Assembly: GCA_021811085.1 (NCBI GenBank)
Contig: JAJZPQ010000006.1
Location: 4,914-68,913 of the forward strand
Length of the DNA: 64,000 nucleotides
Source: Pseudomonadota bacterium
Lineage (GTDB): Bacteria; Pseudomonadota; Gammaproteobacteria; Burkholderiales; SG8-39
Direction of reading: 5' to 3'
A program made the translations under genes and the position numbers. This document shows, piece by piece, positions 56,746-64,000 of the stretch. The first letter of the stretch is position 1. Each line of letters begins with the position of its first letter. The notes below the pieces were generated by a model. It searched no databases. It had not been told where the DNA came from and was given only the letters and a program-made list of their open reading frames with translations.

Positions 56746-58367
56746 ACGAATCGATTTTTGACTACGTGGTCATTGGTTCCGGGTCTGCCGGTGCGGCTCT
56801 CGCAGCCCGGCTTACGGAGAGCGGTCGGCACCGCGTCCTAGTTCTTGAGGCGGGCGGCGAAGGCCGCAACATTTGGATTCACGTCCCACTAGGTGTCGGA
56901 AAGCTGCTGAACAACGAGCGGTATGTATGGAAATTTCAGACGGAACCTCAGGCGACTTTGCATGGGCAAAGCATCTACTCACCGCGCGGCAAGGTACTTG
57001 GGGGGTCGAGTGCGCTAAATGGCATGGCCTATGTTTGGGGCGATCCGACGGAATTTGATAGCTGGCGCGAGAAAGGTTGCCGGGGATGGGGCTTCTCCGA
57101 CGTGCTGCCCTACTTCCGGCGGATGGAGGCCAACCTCTTTAGTAAGCAGGTCGGGCGCGGTCGGGAAGGGCCGATGCGCATTACGGACCGTGCGGTCCGC
57201 GATCCTGATGCCCTATCGGATGCCTTTGTACGCTCCTGCGGCGAGGCTGGAATTCCGCCGACGGCCGACTACAATGTGGGTTCCTATGAAGGAGTACGCT
57301 ACCTCGAGCAGACGGCCTTTAACGGGCGCCGCTGGAGCACGGCAGTAGCCTACCTTGGGGCGGCGCGTCGCCGGCAGAACCTCACCATCGAGACCCTCGC
57401 GCAGGTCTGCCGTGTGGTATTCGAAGGAACCCGTGCCGTTGGCGTCGAATACGTGAAGCACGGCGAGAAGCGCACGGTGCGCGCGGCTCGCGAAGTTCTG
57501 CTTTGCGCTGGTGCGATCCAATCGCCGCAATTACTGGAGCTTTCTGGCATAGGGGATGCGGCACGGCTGCAGCAGCTCGGAATTCCGGTCGTCGCTCATA
57601 GTCCAAACGTCGGCGAGAACATGATTGATCACCTGCAGGTACGGTGCACGTACCAGACAACCTTGCCAATCACCATCAATGACATCATGCGAAGCGCTTG
57701 GCACCGCATGCGCGTGGGCCTGCAGTATCTCGCATATCGCAAGGGTCTATTAGCGGGAACGTCATCCACCGCTCATGCGATTACCCGGTCCAGCGCGTCG
57801 CTTTCGCGTCCGGACGTGATGGTGCGAATCTATCACATCAGCGGCAAGGACAGGTACTCACGCTCGCCAGGCCAGGGTATCGATCCGTTCTCGGGTTTCT
57901 CGATCGGTGGATTCAAGCTCTATCCGGAGTCGCGTGGCTTCTGCCACATCGACTCGCCTGACCCGCTAGTACATCCACGCATACAGCCGAATTATCTGGT
58001 GAGCGAGGGCGACCAAAATACCGCGGTAGCGCTCCTGCGTCTGATCCGGAACATCGCCGCGCAGCCCTCCCTGAGCGAACTGATCGTTAAGGAGCATCGA
58101 CCTGGTCCTGCGACAACTGAAGACGCGGCGTTGCTGGAATACATACGCGAATCGGGCCAGACGGCATGGCACACAGTCGGAACCTGCGCTATGGGAGGCG
58201 CGCCCGATTCCGTCGTCGACGAGCGACTCCGAGTGCGCGGCGTTGAGGGTCTGCGAGTTATTGACATTTCCGTTATGCCCACTATTGCCTCATCCAACAC
58301 TAACGCGCCCGCCATCATGATTGGTGAAAAAGGCGCCGATCTGGTCGCCGCAGACGCGCGTGTCTGA
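56742..58367 (+). CDS. GMC family FAD-dependent oxidoreductase (choline dehydrogenase-like)
   Basis: FDYVVIGSGSAGAALAARL forms the GxGxxG FAD fold, with the GMC signature GGSSALNGMAY and a C-terminal active-site region (HTVGTCAMG). Overlaps the upstream stop (GTGA). Confidence 0.9.
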   Translation: MNESIFDYVVIGSGSAGAALAARLTESGRHRVLVLEAGGEGRNIWIHVPLGVGKLLNNERYVWKFQTEPQATLHGQSIYSPRGKVLGGSSALNGMAYVWGDPTEFDSWREKGCRGWGFSDVLPYFRRMEANLFSKQVGRGREGPMRITDRAVRDPDALSDAFVRSCGEAGIPPTADYNVGSYEGVRYLEQTAFNGRRWSTAVAYLGAARRRQNLTIETLAQVCRVVFEGTRAVGVEYVKHGEKRTVRAAREVLLCAGAIQSPQLLELSGIGDAARLQQLGIPVVAHSPNVGENMIDHLQVRCTYQTTLPITINDIMRSAWHRMRVGLQYLAYRKGLLAGTSSTAHAITRSSASLSRPDVMVRIYHISGKDRYSRSPGQGIDPFSGFSIGGFKLYPESRGFCHIDSPDPLVHPRIQPNYLVSEGDQNTAVALLRLIRNIAAQPSLSELIVKEHRPGPATTEDAALLEYIRESGQTAWHTVGTCAMGGAPDSVVDERLRVRGVEGLRVIDISVMPTIASSNTNAPAIMIGEKGADLVAADARV

Positions 58368-58381
58368 AGTCCGGAGGACAT

Positions 58382-58789
58382 ATGCCGAAAAAGAAGCAAC
58401 CGAAGACCCCTCATACCGATGCACAGAGAAAAACCGGGGACTGGAATCCACTGTGGAACACATTCGCCGAATGGGATCCCGAGTTCCTTGAGGCCTATCT
58501 GCGCCTACGGAACGTGCCGATTGAAAACGGGCCGCTTCCGAAGAAAATCAAGGAGTTAATTCTGGTGGCGATCAATGCAGCCACCACTCACTTGTATGCG
58601 CCCGGGGTGCGCCGGCATATTCGTAATGCGCTGCAGCATGGCGCAACTCGGGAAGAGATTCTGGAGGCGATCGAGCTGACGACGGTGTTAGGTATCCATT
58701 CGAGCAACATTGCAATTCCGATTCTCGCCGAAGAGCTCGCCGAAAGGGCTAAAAAAGGGCCCGCAAAAAAAAGACTTGGAAAGATATAG
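58382..58789 (+). CDS. carboxymuconolactone decarboxylase (AhpD-like) family protein
   Basis: 135 aa. WDPEFLEAYLRLRNVPIENGPLPKKIKELILVAINAATTHLY is typical of the CMD domain. Confidence 0.75.
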   Translation: MPKKKQPKTPHTDAQRKTGDWNPLWNTFAEWDPEFLEAYLRLRNVPIENGPLPKKIKELILVAINAATTHLYAPGVRRHIRNALQHGATREEILEAIELTTVLGIHSSNIAIPILAEELAERAKKGPAKKRLGKI

Positions 58790-58847
58790 ATGTTTGCATA
58801 TCATTCGGCTTTCAACGATTATAAATACAACTACGACCACACTTGAA

Positions 58848-60197
58848 ATGACGCCCATAACGCGCGAGATTGCTACGTTGATTGCCTCGACCCAGTTCGA
58901 AGACATTCCGAACGATGTCGCCGAGTACAGCAAGACGCTCGCCATGAGCGCCCTCGGCGCGATGATCTCCGGTCCCGCCTGTTTAGGTTCAGACATTGTC
59001 ACGCGCTACGTGCGCCGCGCCGGCGGTGCGGCCGAAGCAACGGTACTCGGTGGGGGATTCAAAACGTCGATCGAGGGAGCGGCGCTGGCGAACGCCACTT
59101 ACGCCCATGCCACGGAATACGAAGACGATAGCTTTCCGGAGGCAGTGTCCAGTTATACTATTTTTCCGGCGATCTTCGCGCTCGGCGAACACCTGCGCTC
59201 GGATGGCCGCAGCACGCTGGAGGCATTCGTGCTCGGTTACGAGACCCAAGCGCGTATCGGTCTTGCCTGCCGCGAGGCGAGACGCCTAGGCTACATGGTT
59301 CTTACTCTGGCCGGGTCCATCGGATGCGCGGCGGCAGGAGCTAAGCTTCTCAAGCTAGATGAGCGCAGAACAGCAAACGCGCTCAGCATCGCCGCCTCTC
59401 AAGGAAGTGGGTTAGGTTATCAGACGGGGTCGATGTCACACATCGTCGAGATGGGGTTCGCCGCACGTAATGGATTGACCGCAGCATTACTCGCGGCAGA
59501 TGGCTTCACGGGGCAGCCGGACATCTTGGAGGCGCCCAGAGGGCTGTTCAACATCATCACCGGGGGCAAGGTGGAAAATGTCGACGGGATCCTCGCCGAC
59601 TGGGGCCGGTCTTATCGGGTGCTAGAGGTCGGAATCAAGCAGTATCCCTGCTGCTACCACCTCCAGCGGATCATCGAATCGACTGTGGCATTGCGCGATG
59701 CTGGTAGGTTGGCTCCAGATAATGTCGAGGAAATCCAGGTGGAGGTGAACGCCTTCTTCCCGACGGTCGTGCAGCATCCGGAGCCCCGCGATGAGATCCA
59801 GGCGCAGTTCAGCCTGCCGCACGCGATAGCGTCTGCGCTGCTCGAGCCGCGTGTGCTGCCCTCCAGCTTTTCTAAGGCGAAGATCGATGCGCCCGCATTC
59901 GAGCAGCTTCGGCGCAAAGTGAAGATGGTGGTACGGGAGGACTGGGGCTGGACACCCACCGGGTGGACTCCAAGGATAACTTATCGGCTTCGCAGCGGAA
60001 CTGAATTGGTTGAAGAGCCCAAGCTCTGCAAAGGCCAACCGCCTGCGCTGCTATCCTTCGACGAATGCATCGAAAAATACCGAGGATGCGTCGAAAGCGT
60101 GTTACCCGAGCACAAGGTTGCCGACTCAATCGAGACCCTCCGGTCACTCGATGTTTGTGGAAATGTCGACCTACTGATGCGCACAGTCACCCGCTGA
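58848..60197 (+). CDS. MmgE/PrpD family protein (2-methylcitrate dehydratase-like)
   Basis: TREIATLIASTQFEDIPNDVAEYSKTLAMSALGAMISG... Length is 449 aa. The ATG at 58848 is in frame inside the track ORF 58710..60197. Confidence 0.85.
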   Translation: MTPITREIATLIASTQFEDIPNDVAEYSKTLAMSALGAMISGPACLGSDIVTRYVRRAGGAAEATVLGGGFKTSIEGAALANATYAHATEYEDDSFPEAVSSYTIFPAIFALGEHLRSDGRSTLEAFVLGYETQARIGLACREARRLGYMVLTLAGSIGCAAAGAKLLKLDERRTANALSIAASQGSGLGYQTGSMSHIVEMGFAARNGLTAALLAADGFTGQPDILEAPRGLFNIITGGKVENVDGILADWGRSYRVLEVGIKQYPCCYHLQRIIESTVALRDAGRLAPDNVEEIQVEVNAFFPTVVQHPEPRDEIQAQFSLPHAIASALLEPRVLPSSFSKAKIDAPAFEQLRRKVKMVVREDWGWTPTGWTPRITYRLRSGTELVEEPKLCKGQPPALLSFDECIEKYRGCVESVLPEHKVADSIETLRSLDVCGNVDLLMRTVTR

Positions 60198-60210
60198 AGC
60201 GCCACAGCCT

Positions 60211-60705
60211 ATGTCCGGATCAACGCCTTTCACGAATGACGATGTCGAGCAAATCCTTCGGGTCGTCGACCGTCTGTCAGACGTCGAGGTCCGCTTCGAG
60301 TTCGGCGATATTAAGCTTCATGTGCGCAAGTCCTCGGCGACTGGAGCGGTTGCGGAAACGCCGATGCCCCCGAGGCCGCCTGCGCAAGTGCAGCGTCCGC
60401 AGCCGCCCGCCTCGCAATCTGCACCGAGATCTTCTTCCGGCAAGGAAGTCCCGTTGCCGCCCGGTACTGTCGCAATCCGCGCGCCGATGCTCGGTACATT
60501 CTATCGGTCGCCTTCGCCCACCGAGCCGCCGTTCGTCGAGGTCGGAAAGCGGGTTGCGGCTGACGACCCTGTCTGCCTCATCGAAATAATGAAGTTGTTC
60601 AATACCGTGAACGCAGGAGTCGACGGTGTCATCCTAGCGATGGCCGTAGAGAACGGGACGATGGTCGAGACCAACGACATCCTTTTCCTGGTGAAGATTG
60701 ACTAG
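60211..60705 (+). CDS. AccB-type biotin carboxyl carrier protein
   Basis: N-terminal domain, Pro/Ala-rich linker, then IRAPMLGTFYRSPSPTEPPFVEVGKRVAADDPVCLIEIMKLFN. The biotinyl-Lys codon is at 60592-60594. The architecture matches E. coli AccB. Confidence 0.85.
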   Translation: MSGSTPFTNDDVEQILRVVDRLSDVEVRFEFGDIKLHVRKSSATGAVAETPMPPRPPAQVQRPQPPASQSAPRSSSGKEVPLPPGTVAIRAPMLGTFYRSPSPTEPPFVEVGKRVAADDPVCLIEIMKLFNTVNAGVDGVILAMAVENGTMVETNDILFLVKID

Positions 60706-62196
60706 ATGGGCAACCAGCCTAGCGTCTGGCCGAATTCCGATCGCAGCGTCGAGATCATCGATACGACGCTGCGGGATGCGCAACAATGCCTGTGGACTAC
60801 CCGGATGACGGCGGCAATGATGACGCCGATCGCGGACATGATGGAGCAGGCCGGGTTCGCGATGATCGACTTCATGGCGCCCGTGCAGTTCGACGTCTGC
60901 GTTCGCTATCTTAGGGAAAATCCCTGGGAGAAGGCTCGTTTTTTTCGCGAGAAATTCCGCACCACGCCGCTGCGCGGTTACTGCCGCAGCAAAAGCCTTG
61001 TCGGCTTCAGCATGGTTCCGGACGATATCGTCGAGTTGTGGATCGAACGGCTAAATGCCAACGGTTTTCGCGTTGTCGGCACGCTTGATGCGCTATTCGA
61101 CGTCGAGAACATGCTCGTGAGCGTGCGCCACGCCAAGCGGCTAGGGATGTATTCGGTCGGTGCCTTGGTTTTTTGCGACAGCCCTGTTCATACCGACGAG
61201 GTTTATGCACGCACCGCTCGCGAGCTGATTGAGCGCGGCGGTGTTGACTCGATTATGATTAAAGACTCGGGCGCGCTGCTCACCCTCGATCGCATTCGAA
61301 CGCTCGTGCCGGCACTACGGGAAGTCATGGGAGGGCGGCCGATCGAGTTGCATAGCCACTGCAATACCGGACTTGCACCCCTCGTTTACCTGGAAGCAGC
61401 CAGACTCGGCGTGCAGCGGCTCCATACCTCGATCGCGCCCTTGGCAAGCGGCCCGGCGCAGCCCGCGACGCAGTTGATGCTGCACAATCTGCAGGTCAGC
61501 GGGTTTAGAACCAACGTGAACCGCGATCGCGTCAATTCTATCAGCGAATATCTGACGGATCTCGCCGCGCGCGAAGGCTTTCCCGTCGGCGAGCCGATGG
61601 AGTACGACGCCTTCCACTACCGGCATCAGATGCCTGGCGGGATGCTGGCCAACTGGAGGTATCAGCTACGCCAATCCGGAATCGAGGATCGTTTCGACGA
61701 AATCCTCGAAGAGATTGCCCGGATCCGCCCGGAGCTTGGCTGGCCGATTATGGTCACACCATTCTCCCAGATTATTGCGGTGCAGGCGATGCTGAACGTC
61801 GTCGGTGGTGAGCGCTACCGTAGCGTGCCCGACGAAGTCAAGATGTACGCGCTGGGGCACTTCGGCAAGCTGCTCGCACCAGTGGATCCCGACGTACTGG
61901 ACCGGATCGTTGAAAACGGGTCGCCGAGGATCCCGCTCCGCCCGCAACCGCTCGCGCCCGCGGCGGTTGAGCTGCGCAGGGCCTATCCGGATGCGGACGA
62001 CGACGAGCGCTTACTACGTTACATGTTCGCAGGCAACGAGGTGGACAACATGCTGGCGGCGGGACCCCTGAAGGTTTCGGTGCCCGGCGCCAGCCCGGTG
62101 GCGCGGCTGATCGAAGCCCTTGCCGAGCGACCGGCGGTGAAATATCTGGAAGTCGAGAGAAAAGGCGCGCGCTTGGTCTACTCAAAGGCCGCGTAA
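60706..62196 (+). CDS. pyruvate carboxylase subunit B / oxaloacetate decarboxylase alpha-like carboxyltransferase without a biotinyl domain
   Basis: HMGL-like TIM-barrel start VEIIDTTLRDAQQC, then IMIKDSGAL and ELHSHCNTGLA (HxH), followed by a PYC_OADA-like region. The protein is 496 aa and ends without a biotin-lipoyl domain. Confidence 0.8.
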   Translation: MGNQPSVWPNSDRSVEIIDTTLRDAQQCLWTTRMTAAMMTPIADMMEQAGFAMIDFMAPVQFDVCVRYLRENPWEKARFFREKFRTTPLRGYCRSKSLVGFSMVPDDIVELWIERLNANGFRVVGTLDALFDVENMLVSVRHAKRLGMYSVGALVFCDSPVHTDEVYARTARELIERGGVDSIMIKDSGALLTLDRIRTLVPALREVMGGRPIELHSHCNTGLAPLVYLEAARLGVQRLHTSIAPLASGPAQPATQLMLHNLQVSGFRTNVNRDRVNSISEYLTDLAAREGFPVGEPMEYDAFHYRHQMPGGMLANWRYQLRQSGIEDRFDEILEEIARIRPELGWPIMVTPFSQIIAVQAMLNVVGGERYRSVPDEVKMYALGHFGKLLAPVDPDVLDRIVENGSPRIPLRPQPLAPAAVELRRAYPDADDDERLLRYMFAGNEVDNMLAAGPLKVSVPGASPVARLIEALAERPAVKYLEVERKGARLVYSKAA

Positions 62197-62255
62197 GCGA
62201 GGTGAGGAGTTGGCGGGGAAGGTGTTTTAGTGGCGTTGTTAACCTAGGAGGACAT

Positions 62256-63257
62256 ATGCAGCGAATCAAGCGAATGAAAGCAGTACTTGTGCTTGCGACC
62301 CTGTTGTCTTGGTCGTTCGGCACGCAGGCTATCGCCCAGAGCATTACGCTCAAGCTGGCACATGGCGCGACGCCGGCCATGGCGGTTGGCAAGGGAATGA
62401 TCCGGTTCGCCGAGCTGGTCAATTCAAAATCCAAAGGTAGCGTAAAAGTTGACTTGTTCCTTTCCGGCTCGCTGTACAACGAGCGCACCTCGCTCGAGGC
62501 AATAGTGAACGGCGCGATCGACTTAGGCGGCGCGTCCAACGCCAACTGGGCGGCGTTCACGGACGCGCTGCTCTTTATGGATCTGCCATATGTATTTAAT
62601 GATGAAGAATCATTCAGCAAGGCGATGCAAGGCCAGGTAGGTGACGAAATACGCAACCGGTTTGCTAAGGATGGCTTCAAACTCTTAATGATTATGGATA
62701 ACGCCGGGTTCCGCGACGTGGTGAACACGAAGCGCGAAGTGCGAGTACCAAGTGACATTAAGGGGCTGAAGATGCGCACGACTGCTTCACCGGTTGAGAT
62801 CGCGATGATGCGCAACTGGGGCGCCGTGACTACCGCGGTTGACTGGGGCGAGGTCTACAATGCCCTTGGCTCCGGGGTCGTGGACGGCGAGTTCGTGCAG
62901 CCCATATGGCTCGCGTTCGCCAAGCATTTCGAGGTGCTTAAGTATGCGACCGAGGTTAAAGCGGTAATAGGTATCAACACGCTTGCCATGCGCAAGGACC
63001 GGTTCGAAAAGCTGCCGGTGTCGGCGCAGAAGGTTATCCTCGACGCAGCCGCCGAGGCTCAGGCGTATTCGAACAAAATCGACGCTGAACAGATGCAGGA
63101 TGGCATCGCGATCGGCCGCAAGCTCGGAGTTAAATTCTACAAACCAACCCCTGAGGAAATGAAGATCTGGCAGTCGACGGGTCGGGCCATCTGGAAGGAC
63201 TTTGACAGCAAAATTGACAAGGCACTGCTAAAAACGGTCCTCGACGCGCAAAAATAA
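62256..63257 (+). CDS. dctP: TRAP transporter substrate-binding protein (DctP family)
   Basis: Signal peptide MQRIKRMKAVLVLATLLSWSFGTQAIA. DctP-like core (LKLAHG, MRTTASPV). An AGGAGGA RBS is present. Confidence 0.85.
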   Translation: MQRIKRMKAVLVLATLLSWSFGTQAIAQSITLKLAHGATPAMAVGKGMIRFAELVNSKSKGSVKVDLFLSGSLYNERTSLEAIVNGAIDLGGASNANWAAFTDALLFMDLPYVFNDEESFSKAMQGQVGDEIRNRFAKDGFKLLMIMDNAGFRDVVNTKREVRVPSDIKGLKMRTTASPVEIAMMRNWGAVTTAVDWGEVYNALGSGVVDGEFVQPIWLAFAKHFEVLKYATEVKAVIGINTLAMRKDRFEKLPVSAQKVILDAAAEAQAYSNKIDAEQMQDGIAIGRKLGVKFYKPTPEEMKIWQSTGRAIWKDFDSKIDKALLKTVLDAQK

Positions 63258-63326
63258 GTAAGCCGGGGGAGAGAAATGCGGGGAAGGGGCACGGCCCCTT
63301 TTCCGTAGATTATAAGGAGAGGGGCC

Positions 63327-63863
63327 ATGTTGCCAAACGAGAAGTCCAAAGTTGGCCTGGCGTGGTTCGTGCTGGTCCGCATCCCGGAACTCATCCTTGC
63401 GCTGCTGGTGGCGGTGCTTGTCGTGTTCCTATCGCTCGCGGTGCTGGGGCGCTACGTGTTCGACGTCGGGCTCGACTGGTCGGATGAACTCGCACGCATG
63501 CTCTTCGTGTGGGTGGTGTTCCTTGGGTTCGCGGTGGCCATCCGGCATCGCGGCAACATAGGTGTCGAAATGCTCGTGGATCGTTTGTCGCGGCGCAACC
63601 GGCACCGGTTGGTGCTGATGCAAGACATCGTGATACTCGCATTCTCCCTGTTCTTCACCTGGGAGGCCGAGGTGACAGTCCGCTTTTCCTTGATGCAGCG
63701 CCTGCCCGTGCTGCAGATCACGATAGCCTGGATGTACGCGGCAGTGCTTGTCGGCGGGGTAATGATGGTGGGCTATGCGGCGGCAAATCTCTGGGATACG
63801 TTGAGCGGCAGGACGCTTCGCGCCGACGAGCAGGGGCAAGACGCCATCCACCACAGCGAATAG
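63327..63863 (+). CDS. dctQ: TRAP transporter small permease (DctQ family)
   Basis: 178 aa with 4 TM segments. WSDELARMLFVWVVFLG is typical of DctQ. Confidence 0.85.
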   Translation: MLPNEKSKVGLAWFVLVRIPELILALLVAVLVVFLSLAVLGRYVFDVGLDWSDELARMLFVWVVFLGFAVAIRHRGNIGVEMLVDRLSRRNRHRLVLMQDIVILAFSLFFTWEAEVTVRFSLMQRLPVLQITIAWMYAAVLVGGVMMVGYAAANLWDTLSGRTLRADEQGQDAIHHSE

Positions 63864-63872
63864 GACAACCCG

Positions 63873-64000
63873 ATGACACTCGCCATCCTCGTAGTTTCCT
63901 TTGCCGTCCTGGTCGTGCTCGGACTACCGATCGCCTTCGCGATGGCGATATCATCGCTAATCACGGTGCTTTACCAGGGGGGCATCCCTCTCAATGTCAT
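63873..64000 (+). CDS. dctM: TRAP transporter large permease (DctM family), 5' part only
   Basis: Hand translation gives MTLAILVVSFAVLVVLGLPIAFAMAISSLITVLYQGGIPLNV. The gene runs off the window. Confidence 0.8.
   Translation, partial: MTLAILVVSFAVLVVLGLPIAFAMAISSLITVLYQGGIPLNV

Overview
High-GC proteobacterial chromosome segment, most likely beta- or gamma-proteobacterial, with four blocks. (1) 1-10.5 kb holds acyl-CoA metabolism genes: a partial SDR, an internally deleted carboxyltransferase, IclR, a CaiB-type CoA-transferase, an acyl-CoA dehydrogenase, MFS, ALDH, and a Nudix-MBL fusion. (2) 9.7-24.5 kb is a low-oxygen/stress block. It contains two Fnr/Anr paralogs, ccoNOQP-ccoG-ccoH, hemN, two USPs, FNR boxes, a 543-aa unknown protein, and an EncFtn-type ferritin-like gene with no encapsulin shell gene nearby. 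(3) gltX and tRNA-Val/Ala/Glu are followed by about 5.7 kb of mobile-element debris. An IS30-type transposase gene is split by an IS200-like element, which itself carries a group II intron. AlpA, an rve-transposase fragment and possible IS3 relics lie alongside, and bioB-A-F-D follows. (4) 37.4-64 kb is a visibly lower-GC catabolic region that I cannot assign to a known pathway. It encodes GntR, a CoA-transferase and a multi-subunit biotin carboxylase (two divergent 12S-type CT subunits, a stand-alone BC, a 73-aa BCCP). It also encodes an ABC importer, a hydantoinase A/B plus class-III aminotransferase operon, and a long operon of TPP enzyme, GMC oxidoreductase, CMD, PrpD-family protein, AccB-type BCCP, a PycB-like carboxyltransferase with no biotinyl domain, and a TRAP transporter. 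No CRISPR array or rRNA was seen. All calls rest on manual translation and motif recognition; no searches were run.
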